Origin: Nannocystales bacterium
GTDB lineage: Bacteria > Myxococcota_A > Polyangia > Nannocystales > Nannocystaceae
DNA: 64,000 nucleotides
Assembly (NCBI GenBank): GCA_050633305.1
Contig: JBOEGF010000008.1
Location: 350,459 to 414,458, forward strand
Reading direction: 5' to 3'
In this document: positions 1-9,989 of the stretch, one piece after another
Numbering within the stretch: the first letter of the stretch is position 1
How the letters are laid out: the number at the start of each line of letters is the position of its first letter
Program-made: the position numbers and the translations under genes
Notes under the pieces: model-generated
The model's database searches: none
What the model was told of the DNA's origin: nothing
The model's input: the letters and a program-made list of their open reading frames with translations, nothing else

Positions 1-2
1 GT

Positions 3-1256
3 TCATGGACAATAGTCGAGACGGTCGGACAGTCCCTGACCTTGGGGTCCGGAGAAACCTGGGGGCGGCGTTTCGACGAAACAGGTCTGAAGGTCAGGAC
101 CCCCCACTGTGACCCTCAAATAGCCAAAGCGCGGTTCGCCCAGTCCCTGGTACGCACCACCGGTACCGGCAATGACTTGGCGCAATGTTGTGTCCCCAAC
201 ACTAATGCCAGGAAAGTCACGCAACGCATGTGCGTGACCCGCGACGATCAAATCGACGTTCGCAATCGCAGCTTCGGCAAGAAGGCGCTGCGCCCGATCT
301 TCGCGGGACCAACCTGCGCCGGTGAGTCCGGCGTACGGCGGATGATGCATCACGACGATCACGTCGCGCGCATCCCCACGCTCGAACAGCTCGGGAAGGC
401 GAGCTTCGACCGAACGCGCAATCGCACCGCTGCCCGTGTCCAGCATCACGAGCCTGAGACCGCAGACCTCCACGACGTGGTTACCCGGACCGAAGCGCCG
501 GTTGAAGTGGGGCTGGCGTGGTCGGTAGATGTCGTGGTTGCCAGGCGTCACGACGACCGGCACCGGTGCATTCCTCAAGAGGCCCTCGACGAGGTCGAAC
601 TCGTCGTCACGCGATGACTCGGTGAGGTCGCCTGCGATCACCAACGCGACAAGGGGCTCGCCGACGATGTCCCCGTCGTCCCGCTCCCGTTCGAGTTGCT
701 CGACGATGCGTTCGAACTGCGCAGGGTTGGTCTGAATGTCGCTCACGAACGCGACCCGGTAGCGCTCCGGACACCCACGTCGACCTCGAACGAAGACAGG
801 CTCACCCGGGGTGATCGCGAGCTCGACGCTCCGGCGCAGAGACTGGTCGGATGGTGCGAGCACCGGCGTCTCGGTCCCTGCTTGGTCGACCCAAACGTCT
901 GCCGAGGGGTCAACGTTGTCGAGTTCCACGGTGACCATGTCCGGAGCTCCCTCTTCCGACTCGAGGCTGATCGCAAACCGGCCCGGCCCGGCCACACGAG
1001 CGCGTACGACCCCGTCTTCCAACTCGAGGCGACCTCGCGCATCCCAGGTCGCGGTCGAGCGAGCAGCGGGGTCCTGAAACCGCACCTCGATCGAGGATGG
1101 CGTCCTGAGTCGAGCGAGTTCATTCTCGGCGATGACCCTGCACTCAGGCTCCGAGTAGTCGGGGTTCGTGCACTCCGGGACGGCACACGACCCGATCGCG
1201 ACGATGGACGCGAGCGCGCCAAGTCCCGCCACAGTGAAAAGAATCTTGCGCATCAT
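3..1256 (-). CDS. Calcineurin-like metallophosphoesterase, probable lipoprotein
   Basis: Motifs SDIQ, GDLT, PGNHD, HHPP and GHAH. Signal/lipobox-like N-terminus (MMRKILF...IGSC). Start moved to ATG 1256, which overlaps the upstream stop. Confidence 0.85.
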   Translation of the reverse strand: MMRKILFTVAGLGALASIVAIGSCAVPECTNPDYSEPECRVIAENELARLRTPSSIEVRFQDPAARSTATWDARGRLELEDGVVRARVAGPGRFAISLESEEGAPDMVTVELDNVDPSADVWVDQAGTETPVLAPSDQSLRRSVELAITPGEPVFVRGRRGCPERYRVAFVSDIQTNPAQFERIVEQLERERDDGDIVGEPLVALVIAGDLTESSRDDEFDLVEGLLRNAPVPVVVTPGNHDIYRPRQPHFNRRFGPGNHVVEVCGLRLVMLDTGSGAIARSVEARLPELFERGDARDVIVVMHHPPYAGLTGAGWSREDRAQRLLAEAAIANVDLIVAGHAHALRDFPGISVGDTTLRQVIAGTGGAYQGLGEPRFGYLRVTVGGPDLQTCFVETPPPGFSGPQGQGLSDRLDYCP

Positions 1257-2515
1257 CGTTGGTCTCCCGCCTCCCGTTGCCGGGCCCCGACGTCCGGCAG
1301 CACCACACCGACATTGGCCGCCGCGGACAACCCATTTCCGACGGTGGCCCCTGCGCCGACCTGAATCGCGACCGGCCAGTCTCTCGGGCGGATCCGCGTG
1401 GCCCACCGAACATGAACCGGACCCAAGAACCCGATGACCGGGCCGAGGTTGAGACCACGCCCATCGAACCGGCTATGCACATAGCCCATGCTGAGTTGGC
1501 TGTTGACCTTGGCTCGGCGCACGGCTCCGTCCCTCCGCACCCGCTGGGTCATTGGAAAATCGACGTCATACCAAGCTTCGCCGTACAGCGGCCCGATCTG
1601 CGCCCCGCCGCGCTCGAGCCGATCTTGTCCCGGTTCGGCAAACGAGATCGTGTCCAGTCTGGGACCGAAGTACACGGTGAACCGCTGTCGCTCCGAGAGC
1701 CGCCACCGTGCACCGATGGTGAGCGGCAACATCATGGTTCGCTCGATGACACGCTGGCTCGGGAGTCCGGGGTCGAGCGTTTCGCGGCGAATCTGAAACT
1801 CGGGCTTGTAGCGAAGCTCGGATGCGCCCAAGAACGAGGACCTGGAAAACACGGGATACGGCAGATTCACGGCCAGGTCCGCACCGACGCCGATCGACAG
1901 CCGGCGTTCGCGAAGGGACACCGGCGCTGTCCCGAGTTGCCCTTCGATGGGCTGTTGGAACTGCGGCCGCGGGTCGACATGCTGCTCCTGCCAGAGCGTG
2001 CCGCCAACGTGTCCGAACAACCGGATTCGTCCGCCACCATCGCGAAAGAAGAAGTTGGGGGCGAACGTCATCCGCATCTCGTGCGGGTTCGTCTCGTCGA
2101 GCGCGCCCGGCTGCGGCACGCTGTAATCCACGCCCAGGGTGCTGGGCCGAACACGATCCGCATCGCCCGGCGCGTCTCCTCCAAGGCGGCCGATCAGCGA
2201 TCCCAGCAACGCGCCGGCCCCCGCGATCGCACCTCCACCCACGAAGAAGGTTGCCGGGTCTCCAACGTTGCTCCGGTCGCCAATTGCGAATAGCATCGTC
2301 GCCGCGACCCCGCCGACCGCGGCACCGACCCCGAGCAAGGTCAGCCGTGCCATCGACGTACGAACACAAGGGCCTTCGGAGCCGGTGCAACACGAGAACT
2401 GCCGCTTGTCGTGACACACTCGATAGCGCGCTCCGGCGTCCTCGATTTCGATTGCGGGTTCCGGGGCGCGAGCTGCGGGAATCGCAACTGTCAGGCTCAA
2501 CAGGACCGCATGCAC
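1253..2515 (-). CDS. Hypothetical secreted/membrane protein, possibly outer-membrane beta-rich
   Basis: 420-aa ORF with an N-terminal signal, Gly-rich hydrophobic helices and an alternating beta-strand-like C-terminal half. Stop overlaps the start of the phosphoesterase. Confidence 0.65.
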   Translation of the reverse strand: MHAVLLSLTVAIPAARAPEPAIEIEDAGARYRVCHDKRQFSCCTGSEGPCVRTSMARLTLLGVGAAVGGVAATMLFAIGDRSNVGDPATFFVGGGAIAGAGALLGSLIGRLGGDAPGDADRVRPSTLGVDYSVPQPGALDETNPHEMRMTFAPNFFFRDGGGRIRLFGHVGGTLWQEQHVDPRPQFQQPIEGQLGTAPVSLRERRLSIGVGADLAVNLPYPVFSRSSFLGASELRYKPEFQIRRETLDPGLPSQRVIERTMMLPLTIGARWRLSERQRFTVYFGPRLDTISFAEPGQDRLERGGAQIGPLYGEAWYDVDFPMTQRVRRDGAVRRAKVNSQLSMGYVHSRFDGRGLNLGPVIGFLGPVHVRWATRIRPRDWPVAIQVGAGATVGNGLSAAANVGVVLPDVGARQREAGDQR

Positions 2516-2602
2516 CGCTGTTGCCGTACCACGCCGGCCGTCGTGGCGGGAAGCCGAGCCGACGACTTGCTCCGCCGGCGTCCATCCCGCAAGCTGCTCA
2601 GC

Positions 2603-3877
2603 ATGCTTGGCTTAAAGGGACAGTGGACGATGATGGGCGTGTTTGCGTCGATTCTGAGCGGTGGGTGCCAGATCGAAGACCCCGCACAGAAGGACGTTGA
2701 GCGGCTGCTGACGACGCTGTGCGAACAGACCGAGGCGTGCCGATGTGCGGGTGAGGACGAGATGAACGCTTGTGACGTTCGGCGCTCGACGTGGAACGCT
2801 CGCCTCGAGTTCGGCCGCGCCAAGGGTCTGGTCTTCGACGCCGAATGTGTCGCGTCGGTTCAGGCCCGCGTCCAAGCGCACGGCTGCCTCGATGCCACGA
2901 CCGACGATGGTCATCTGTGCGAGGGATTCTGCTCCGTGTTCCACGGCAGCGTCGAACTTGGCGGGGACTGCGACGCCCACGACACGGTCACCAGCAACTG
3001 CATGCAGGGATCGACATGTGTCGACGGGACATGCGTCGACCCGTGCAACGCGCTCGCGGGGCTCCCCGAAGGAGCGCTGTGCAGAGACGAAAACGGAACG
3101 GACTTCGACGACTGCGCCGAGAATCTCGTCTGCGACTTCGAGTCCCGCAACTGCAGGGCACTGCCGGAGATTGGCGAGCGCTGCCTCAATGGGGACTGCG
3201 CACGCGATGCGTATTGCGACTGGAACACCGAGATCTGTCGAGCCGCGGCGCAGCTCGGTGAGCGCTGTGACCAGATCGACTGTGCCTCCGGGCTTTGGTG
3301 CGACAGGGAGGGCACGACAGCGTGTCAGGCCGATCGCGAGGAGGGTCAATCCTGTCGCAACGGTCGATGTGCGGAAGGCCTACGCTGTGACTACGCGCGC
3401 GACCGCTGCGAGACTCCTGCGGCCGAAGGGGAGCCCTGCGGAGAGGCGGGCTGCGTGGAGGGATTCGACTGCGCTCAAGGCACCTGTCTGCCGCCCGCCG
3501 AGGTCGGCGAGCGATGCGAGGGCCGCAACTGCGTGGAGGGAAGCTGGTGCGACTGGAACGTCGAACGCTGCGCTGCACTCCCTGACGGCGAGGGACAGCC
3601 CTGCCCGACGGGCGAGTGCGGCGGTCGGCTGTGGTGCGATACGTCCAGTGTTCCCGAAGGAGAGTGTGCTCTTCGAGCCCCCTTTGGCGGGACCTGCACC
3701 GGCCACCGTCAGTGCGAATCCGGCTTCTGCCCGGCGGGGTACTGCATCGACCTACCACTCGAAGGCGAGTCCTGCGCCAACGCAAACGCCTGCGCCAACG
3801 GACTGGTGTGCAACGGTGAGACCTGTGTGACGGCGCTCGGCCGCGGCTCCGCTGTCTGCTCCTTCGCCGGGTGGTAG
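2603..3877 (+). CDS. Cys-rich repeat lipoprotein (myxobacterial)
   Basis: Lipobox-like LSGGC and many GExC...C..G..C repeats. Start uncertain (2603 or 2630). Confidence 0.8.
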   Translation: MLGLKGQWTMMGVFASILSGGCQIEDPAQKDVERLLTTLCEQTEACRCAGEDEMNACDVRRSTWNARLEFGRAKGLVFDAECVASVQARVQAHGCLDATTDDGHLCEGFCSVFHGSVELGGDCDAHDTVTSNCMQGSTCVDGTCVDPCNALAGLPEGALCRDENGTDFDDCAENLVCDFESRNCRALPEIGERCLNGDCARDAYCDWNTEICRAAAQLGERCDQIDCASGLWCDREGTTACQADREEGQSCRNGRCAEGLRCDYARDRCETPAAEGEPCGEAGCVEGFDCAQGTCLPPAEVGERCEGRNCVEGSWCDWNVERCAALPDGEGQPCPTGECGGRLWCDTSSVPEGECALRAPFGGTCTGHRQCESGFCPAGYCIDLPLEGESCANANACANGLVCNGETCVTALGRGSAVCSFAGW

Positions 3878-3925
3878 CCCTCCGGCAGTTTGGAGTTTCC
3901 CCGGCCCCCGGTCCATACTCGGGGT

Positions 3926-4531
3926 GTGAAGCGATGCGGGTGGCTGCTTGCCGGGGTCTGGCTCGGGTGTGCGTCGGGGGACGAGCCCGCGACAAGTGCG
4001 GCAACGACCTTCGCCCCGATGAGTTCAGGCTCGGCAACGGCGACCACGGCGACCCCCACCACGGCAACGTCCACCACCGCGTCCGACTCCACCGGCGGCT
4101 CCGGCGACACGGAACTGCCCACGGAGACCGCCGAGTCGACCGGCGAGACTTCGGCTGAAGCCTCCACCGACACCGACCCCCTCGGCTCCTCGGGGGGCGA
4201 GTCAACCTTCGGTGAGCCGCCCAGCGAACAACCGGAGGATGGCATGTACTCCTCGTGCGCCAGCATCGTCGACTGCATCGGCCTGACCGCCTGCCTCACG
4301 GCCACCGACACTGGCGGGCAACCGATCGATCCGTTTTGCACCGCCGGGGCTTGCAAGTCGCCCTTGGCACAATGCGACCCCACCCCGGGCGGCACGGCGG
4401 TTCCGATCTGCCTGCCCACGAAGACAGAGAGCGGCATGGACACCGTCTGCGCCCTCGACTGTAGTCAGGGCCAAGAGTGCCCCGATGGCATGGACTGCCG
4501 GACCCTCGCGGCCGGTTCCATCTGTTCGTGA
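3926..4531 (+). CDS. Lipoprotein with Ser/Thr-rich linker and Cys-rich C-terminal domain
   Basis: GTG start, then KRCGWLLAGVWLGC lipobox, a T/S/E-rich linker and a Cys-rich end. Confidence 0.75.
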   Translation: MKRCGWLLAGVWLGCASGDEPATSAATTFAPMSSGSATATTATPTTATSTTASDSTGGSGDTELPTETAESTGETSAEASTDTDPLGSSGGESTFGEPPSEQPEDGMYSSCASIVDCIGLTACLTATDTGGQPIDPFCTAGACKSPLAQCDPTPGGTAVPICLPTKTESGMDTVCALDCSQGQECPDGMDCRTLAAGSICS

Positions 4532-4566
4532 CTCCGCCGCAAGACACCGATACCGTTCGGTGGCCC

Positions 4567-5016
4567 ATGTCCTGGTCCTTGCCGAAGAAGAAGGTTCTCG
4601 TCCCTTGGGATTTCTCAGCCGCCTCCCTCGAAGCGCTCGAGGCTGCGCTGACGATGGTTGAGCGGCCCGGCGACGTGACGGCCCTGCACGCCGTCGAGCC
4701 CAGCGGCGCGATCGCAACGATGAGCGAGCAACGCAACCGGGATGCCCAGGAAGATCTTGCCGAGACCCTCGGCAAGGTGCGCGACTCGATCAACGGAGCC
4801 GGCCACGAGCACGTCGCCGCTGCCGTACGCATCGGAGGTGCCGCCGACGCCATCGCAGAGTACGCCAACGAGCACGACTTCGAGCTCATCGTCATGCCGT
4901 CGCGACGCCGCAAGGGCCTCAAGCGCTTGCTTCTGGGTTCGGTCTCCGAGCAGGTCGTGCGAAACGTGCCGGTCCCGGTCCTGTTGCTGCGGGCGTCCAA
5001 CGAAGACGACGAGTAG
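4567..5016 (+). CDS. Universal stress protein (UspA family)
   Basis: VLVPWDFS at the N-terminus and LIVMPS...LLLGSVSEQVVRNVPVPVL, the USP signature. Confidence 0.92.
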   Translation: MSWSLPKKKVLVPWDFSAASLEALEAALTMVERPGDVTALHAVEPSGAIATMSEQRNRDAQEDLAETLGKVRDSINGAGHEHVAAAVRIGGAADAIAEYANEHDFELIVMPSRRRKGLKRLLLGSVSEQVVRNVPVPVLLLRASNEDDE

Positions 5017-5052
5017 CTCGGCAACCCGTCCCGGCCCCTTGTCTGGGATGAC

Positions 5053-6081
5053 ATGACGACCGACCCCTACCAACCCCCCGGCGGCGTGGTGGGACGCGGT
5101 CTCATGGCGGGCGCCGACGTGCTCCGCCTGCGATGGCTTCGAGCGCTGGGTCCGCTTGGAGCCCGGCTCGCGCGCGACCGAGAACTCCGGGTGTCCGTCA
5201 TCTTCAGCGCGGTCGTGGTTTCGGCGCTGCTCGGTACCCTCGTGGCTCCGCTGTGGCTACTCGTCCTTGGTCCGCTCGTGTGGGGCGTCCCCCATATCGC
5301 CGCGGACATCCGATACCTGGTCGTGCGTACGGGGTTCGGGCATCGGCGACTCCTATGGGTGCTGGGTGGGCTTCCCTTGCTGATGCTCGGAGCGGGCGTG
5401 GACCTCGTGTGGGGTTTCGTTGGGGCGGCAGGCGTCGCGCTGGTGGCCCGCGCTCCGCTGGCTCGGCGACTCCTCGCCGCGGCCGTCGTGCTCGGCATCG
5501 GCCTCGGACTCGACCACCTGGGCCCGAGCAGCGACATCGTGTTCGGCCACCTGCACAACTTCGGCGCCGTCGCATTCTGGTGGGCCTGGAGGGCACGGCG
5601 TGGTCGCATGCATTGGCTTCCTCTGGTTCTCCTCGTCGCCGCCTCCTGCTTGCTGCTGAGTCACCTTGGCGTGGAGTTGGTCGGGTCTGGGTTCGAGTGG
5701 CACGCGACTGGCGACAGCGCGGACCGTCAGCTCTGGCGCCTCGCCCAGGGTCTCGCGCCCATGCTCGGGATGCGGCTCGTCTTGCTGTTCTGCTTCATGC
5801 AGTCCGTCCACTACGCGATGTGGTTGCAGATGATCCCGGATGAGGAGCGCCGCCGCAGCACGGTGATGACGTTTCGCGCCAGCGCTCAAGATCTCGAGCG
5901 AGACTTCGACCGCGTCGCCCTGTGGGTGATCGCCGCGCTGGCGGCGGCGCTCATCGCCTGGGCGTGTTTCGACATGCTTGCGGCCGGCCAGGGCTACTTC
6001 CGGGTCGCACGGTTTCACGGGACCCTCGAAGTGATGGCTGCGGTGTTGTTGATCCTCGAGCGAGCCCCGCGGCGCGCATGA
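5053..6081 (+). CDS. Polytopic membrane protein with conserved-looking His motifs
   Basis: Multiple hydrophobic segments. Motifs GVPHIAAD, GHLHN, QSVHY and FHG. Confidence 0.75.
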   Translation: MTTDPYQPPGGVVGRGLMAGADVLRLRWLRALGPLGARLARDRELRVSVIFSAVVVSALLGTLVAPLWLLVLGPLVWGVPHIAADIRYLVVRTGFGHRRLLWVLGGLPLLMLGAGVDLVWGFVGAAGVALVARAPLARRLLAAAVVLGIGLGLDHLGPSSDIVFGHLHNFGAVAFWWAWRARRGRMHWLPLVLLVAASCLLLSHLGVELVGSGFEWHATGDSADRQLWRLAQGLAPMLGMRLVLLFCFMQSVHYAMWLQMIPDEERRRSTVMTFRASAQDLERDFDRVALWVIAALAAALIAWACFDMLAAGQGYFRVARFHGTLEVMAAVLLILERAPRRA

Positions 6082-7007
6082 TAGACAGCGGCATGCGGCA
6101 GCCCTGGCCCACGGACGTTCCGCGCCTGACGTACGGCATCACACCGCCCAAAGTCTCGTTCGACGCGGAGCGACGCAAGAGCCTCGCCGAGCAGCAGACG
6201 GCCCGGATCCAGGGTCTGCCCGTCGATGCGCTGGTCGTCTACGACCTCCAAGACGAGAGCAGCCGCACCGATGCGGTCCGGCCGTTTCCGTACCTTCAGA
6301 CCGTCGACCCGCTGGAGTACGCCACCGAGGATCTAGCGGGCCTGGGCGTGGACAAACTCGTCTACCGGTCCGTCGCCAAGCAAGACGAGGCCGAGATGCT
6401 CGCGTGGATGCAGCGCGCACAAGCCCACCGACTGGCCACGGTCTTTGTGGGGGCCCCCTCGCGCGACGCGACCGTCCGCCTGCGCCTCTCCGATGCGTAC
6501 AGGCTGCGGCAAAAGCACTGCCCGGGCTTGTCCTTGGGGGGAGTGGTGATCGCCGAGCGCCACCGTGCCCGGGGTGAAGAAGACGCCCGTGTCGCCTTCA
6601 AGCAACACGCGGGCTGCTCGTTCTTCGTCAGCCAGGCGGTGTACGACGTCACCGCAACCAAGGACCTGCTCAGCGACCTGTGGTTTCGTAGCGTGCGCGA
6701 CGACAAGCCCATGCCTGCTGTGTTGGTGACCTTGAGTCCCTGCGGCTCCCCCAAGACGCTGGAGTTTCTCGATTGGCTTGGCGTCGTCGTACCGCGGTGG
6801 GTGCAGAACGAGCTCCGAGAGGCCGGCGACATTCTTCAGACCTCGGTCGAGACCGCGCTTGCAGCGTTCGAAGAACTGCACGCGTTCGCCGACGCGAAAG
6901 GGTTCGCGATTGGGTGCAACGTGGAGAGCGTCGCGCTTCGACGGGCCGAGATCGATGCGTCGGTGGAGATGGTCCACCGCGTGGCAAAGGTGATCGGACG
7001 CAGCTGA
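6078..7007 (+). CDS. Methylenetetrahydrofolate reductase-like (FAD-linked oxidoreductase fold) protein
   Basis: Motifs YGITPPK, VYDLQDE, GGVVIAERH and KQxAGCSFFVSQAVYD. ATGA overlap with the upstream gene. Confidence 0.75.
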   Translation: MIDSGMRQPWPTDVPRLTYGITPPKVSFDAERRKSLAEQQTARIQGLPVDALVVYDLQDESSRTDAVRPFPYLQTVDPLEYATEDLAGLGVDKLVYRSVAKQDEAEMLAWMQRAQAHRLATVFVGAPSRDATVRLRLSDAYRLRQKHCPGLSLGGVVIAERHRARGEEDARVAFKQHAGCSFFVSQAVYDVTATKDLLSDLWFRSVRDDKPMPAVLVTLSPCGSPKTLEFLDWLGVVVPRWVQNELREAGDILQTSVETALAAFEELHAFADAKGFAIGCNVESVALRRAEIDASVEMVHRVAKVIGRS

Positions 7008-7189
7008 GCGTCGCTTGCTGCTCGCTTGCGCCCCGAACCGAATCTCAGCCCAACGTGACGCGCCGATCCGATGGACTGTCATTCGCCGTCCCCGACTTTG
7101 AACGGGCAGACATTTCAGTTCTCCCCGAGCAGCGGGTGTCTCCACGGCTGCTCGCGCACGTCTGCCGGCGATGCCCGACTCGGTTGTTT

Positions 7190-8449
7190 TTAGCGGCACT
7201 TCGCGATCAGCGCTTCGATGCGGTCACACGCGGTGCTCAGCGTTTCCCACTCGGGGCCGAACGAAAAGCGGGTGTAGTGGCGGAAGCGCGAGGTGTTGTG
7301 CCTGCGCTTGCCGGGGTTCACGTCGAAGAACTCGCCGGGGACGGTGATGACCTTTTCCTCGAGCGCGGCACGGAACAAGCCCATGCCGTCGTTGAGTGGA
7401 GGCGGGAGCTTGGAGAGATTGCCCCAGGCGTAGAAGGTGCCTTCGGGCATGTGGTCGAACTCGACGCCGAGATCCTGAAGGCGGGCGACGAACTTGTTGC
7501 GCTTACGCCGAAACGTAGTGTTGATCGAGATCGTCTCGGCGTCCACAACGCTGGGTTCCAACGCGGCCAGGGCTGCCCGTTGCAGCGGTCGGCTCCCGCC
7601 GCCGTCGAGGAAGGAGCCCGCACTCCCCATCACATCGATGACCGACTTCGGCCCGACGGTCCAAGCCACACGCCAGCCTGGGTAGCGCCAGTTCTTTGTG
7701 AGCCCGTCGAACAGCACCACCGGATCGCGGTCGACGTCCTCGACATAGCGGGCCGCACTCTCGACGGGGAGCTCCCCCGGTGTCTCCGCCCAGATGTAGT
7801 GCGAGTAGAACTCGTCCATCAGCAGCGTGCAGTCGAGCTCTCGCGCCACCTCGACGAAGCCCCGGAGGTCCTCTCCGCTGACGAGCTTTCCCGTGGGGTT
7901 GCATGGGTTGGACATCAGCAACGCGGACAGGCCGCGGCCTTGGACTTCCTTGCGGAGGTCGTCGGGGCTGAACGCGTAGCCACGCTCGGGTTGGAGCAGA
8001 ATCGGGATCGAGGTGAACGCGCGGAAGATCTCGAGCAACTCCTCGTACGCCGTGTAGTCGGGGAGGAAATGCCCCAGGTGCACGGTGCCGATACTGGCGG
8101 CGGCGCGGGTCAGCGCGGCACGGCCGCCAGAGCTGATCGAGACGTTCTCCGCGGTGTACTGCGACGGCATCCCTTGTCGGTAGAGCCGGTTGTACATCGC
8201 GGCCACCGACTCTCGGAGCTCGGTCAGGCCCGAAACAGGCGCGTAGTCCCGGTCAAACTCGGCGATCTCCACGGTATTGATGCGCGGGGGCGCGCCCTCG
8301 ATCTCGCCCGTCTCCGGCTGGCCCTGGCCGAGGTTGCACCAGCTGGGATCCGAGGCGTCGTAGCCCCGCTTGACCGCTTCGGTCGTGACGTAGATGACGC
8401 CGGTCCGAGGGACAGCACGAAACGCAGACGGGATGGACGGGGCCTCCAC
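7190..8449 (-). CDS. PLP-dependent aminotransferase class I/II
   Basis: Motifs NLGQGQP, SNPCNPTG, DEFY and GLTKNWRYPGWR (PLP lysine). Confidence 0.92.
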   Translation of the reverse strand: MEAPSIPSAFRAVPRTGVIYVTTEAVKRGYDASDPSWCNLGQGQPETGEIEGAPPRINTVEIAEFDRDYAPVSGLTELRESVAAMYNRLYRQGMPSQYTAENVSISSGGRAALTRAAASIGTVHLGHFLPDYTAYEELLEIFRAFTSIPILLQPERGYAFSPDDLRKEVQGRGLSALLMSNPCNPTGKLVSGEDLRGFVEVARELDCTLLMDEFYSHYIWAETPGELPVESAARYVEDVDRDPVVLFDGLTKNWRYPGWRVAWTVGPKSVIDVMGSAGSFLDGGGSRPLQRAALAALEPSVVDAETISINTTFRRKRNKFVARLQDLGVEFDHMPEGTFYAWGNLSKLPPPLNDGMGLFRAALEEKVITVPGEFFDVNPGKRRHNTSRFRHYTRFSFGPEWETLSTACDRIEALIAKCR

Positions 8450-8582
8450 GCGCGGAGCCTACACCGCCACGAAGCCAGCCTCCAAACACGCCTACAACGC
8501 ACTCGCGTGAGCCGTGAGAGGCATTTGACCACGCCCGCAGGCGCCCGTAGGCTCGCCTCCCTGACGGGATTGGCCTGCGATC

Positions 8583-9989
8583 ATGAGCACCACCAAGCGT
8601 AAGAAGAAGGCGAAGCGATCCTCCTCCAAGACGAGCGCGAAGAAGACGCCCTCGACAAAGAAGAAGACCGCCAAGAAGACGGCCTCCAAGAAGAAGCCAG
8701 CCGCCAAGAAAGCTCCCGCAAAGAAGAAGCCCGCCGCCAAGAAGGCCGCTGCCAAGAAGGCCGCTGCTAAGAAAGCTCCCGCCAAGAAGGCCTCTGCCAA
8801 GAAAGCTCCCGCCAAGAAGGCCGCGCCCAAGAAGGCCGCTGCCAAGAAAGCTCCCCCCAAGAAGGCCGCGCCGCCTAAGCAGGCCGCTGCCAAGAAGGCC
8901 GCTACCAAGAAGGCTCCCCCCAAGAAAGCTCCCCCCAAGAAGGCCGCTGCCAAGAAGGCTCCCCCCAAGAAAGCCGCGCCCAAGAAAGCCGCGCCCAAGA
9001 AGGCCGCTGCCAAGAAGGCTCCCCCCAGGGTCGCTGCCAAGAAGGCCCCCGCCAAGCAGGCCCCCGCCAAGGTCGCGCCAAAAAAGGCTGCGAAGAAAGC
9101 TCCCAAGCCGGCCCCCGAGGGCGTCACCGCAGCGGTGCTCCCCGAGCGGAAGAAGCTCAACAACTACTTGATGATCACGCTCGACAGCTGCCGTTTCGAC
9201 AGCTTCGTCGCCGGCAACACCAAGACGGTTGAGAAGCTCGGCGAGCTCGAGCGCCGCTACAGCTACGCCAGCTGGACCGCGCCGTCGCACTACAACCTGA
9301 TGACCGGCCTGATGCCGCACAGCTCGCCCTCAAACGTGTACGCGAGCGAGTACTACAAAGAAGACTTCTTCAAGTACGGCGAGCGTCTGGGCACCGAGGA
9401 CGCCTCGTTCCGCGAGCTGATCCCCAGCCTCTGCTTCCCGGTCTGGCTCAAGAAACTCGGCTACCACACGCATGCTCGAGTCTCGATGCCTGTGCTCAAC
9501 TCGAAGACGGGCATCAACCGCGGCTTCGACACCTACAAGCTCATGGACAAGCACAACGACATGCGGTCGATGTTCGAGACCATGCGGTTCTCAGAAGAGA
9601 AGCCCAACTTCTTCATGATGAACGTAGGCGAGACGCACTACCCCTACGCGCGCCCCACCGAGGAGAAGAACGACTGGCCCCGCATCAGCGGCGTGCATGG
9701 CGTCTTCAAGAAGCTCGATGGCAACATCAAGGACGGCAAAGTCGTCACCTCGGACGAGAAGTTCTTCGACGAGAAGAAGATGAAGGAGCTGCACGCGCGG
9801 CAGATCGACACGGTCAACTACCTCGACGACGTGTTCGAGGAGCTCTTCGACCTGGTCCCCGACAACACCTACATCACGGTCATGGCCGACCACGGCGAGC
9901 TCTTCGGCGAGGGTGGCTACTTCGGGCACGGCCCGATCAACCATGACAAGGTGTTCGAGGTTCCCTTCCTCGAAGGCAAGATCCGATGA
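8583..9989 (+). CDS. Sulfatase/alkaline-phosphatase-superfamily enzyme with an N-terminal histone-H1-like Lys/Ala/Pro-rich region
   Basis: About 180 aa of KKAAAKK/KKAPPKK repeats, then [22 protein letters not shown] and ADHGE...GH metal-binding motifs. Confidence 0.88.
   Translation: MSTTKRKKKAKRSSSKTSAKKTPSTKKKTAKKTASKKKPAAKKAPAKKKPAAKKAAAKKAAAKKAPAKKASAKKAPAKKAAPKKAAAKKAPPKKAAPPKQAAAKKAATKKAPPKKAPPKKAAAKKAPPKKAAPKKAAPKKAAAKKAPPRVAAKKAPAKQAPAKVAPKKAAKKAPKPAPEGVTAAVLPERKKLNNYLMITLDSCRFDSFVAGNTKTVEKLGELERRYSYASWTAPSHYNLMTGLMPHSSPSNVYASEYYKEDFFKYGERLGTEDASFRELIPSLCFPVWLKKLGYHTHARVSMPVLNSKTGINRGFDTYKLMDKHNDMRSMFETMRFSEEKPNFFMMNVGETHYPYARPTEEKNDWPRISGVHGVFKKLDGNIKDGKVVTSDEKFFDEKKMKELHARQIDTVNYLDDVFEELFDLVPDNTYITVMADHGELFGEGGYFGHGPINHDKVFEVPFLEGKIR
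8640..9110 (+). repeat. Degenerate tandem 15-bp coding repeat (AAGAAGGCCGCTGCC / AAGAAAGCTCCCCCC) encoding [10 protein letters not shown] pentapeptides
   Basis: Directly visible in DNA and protein. Confidence 0.9.

Noticed and set aside
6773..8602. Long antisense/alternative-frame ORFs (e.g. 6773-8602+, 43605-45689-, 48053-49831+, 23118-24695-, 53633-55357-)
   Set aside because: Shadow ORFs expected in high-GC DNA. They overlap genes with clear family motifs and have Arg/Pro/Ala-rich, motif-free translations.
8492..9163. Hydrophobic 'AAFL/GAFL' repeat ORF that looks like a membrane protein
   Set aside because: It is the reverse complement of the KKAA/KKAP repeat.
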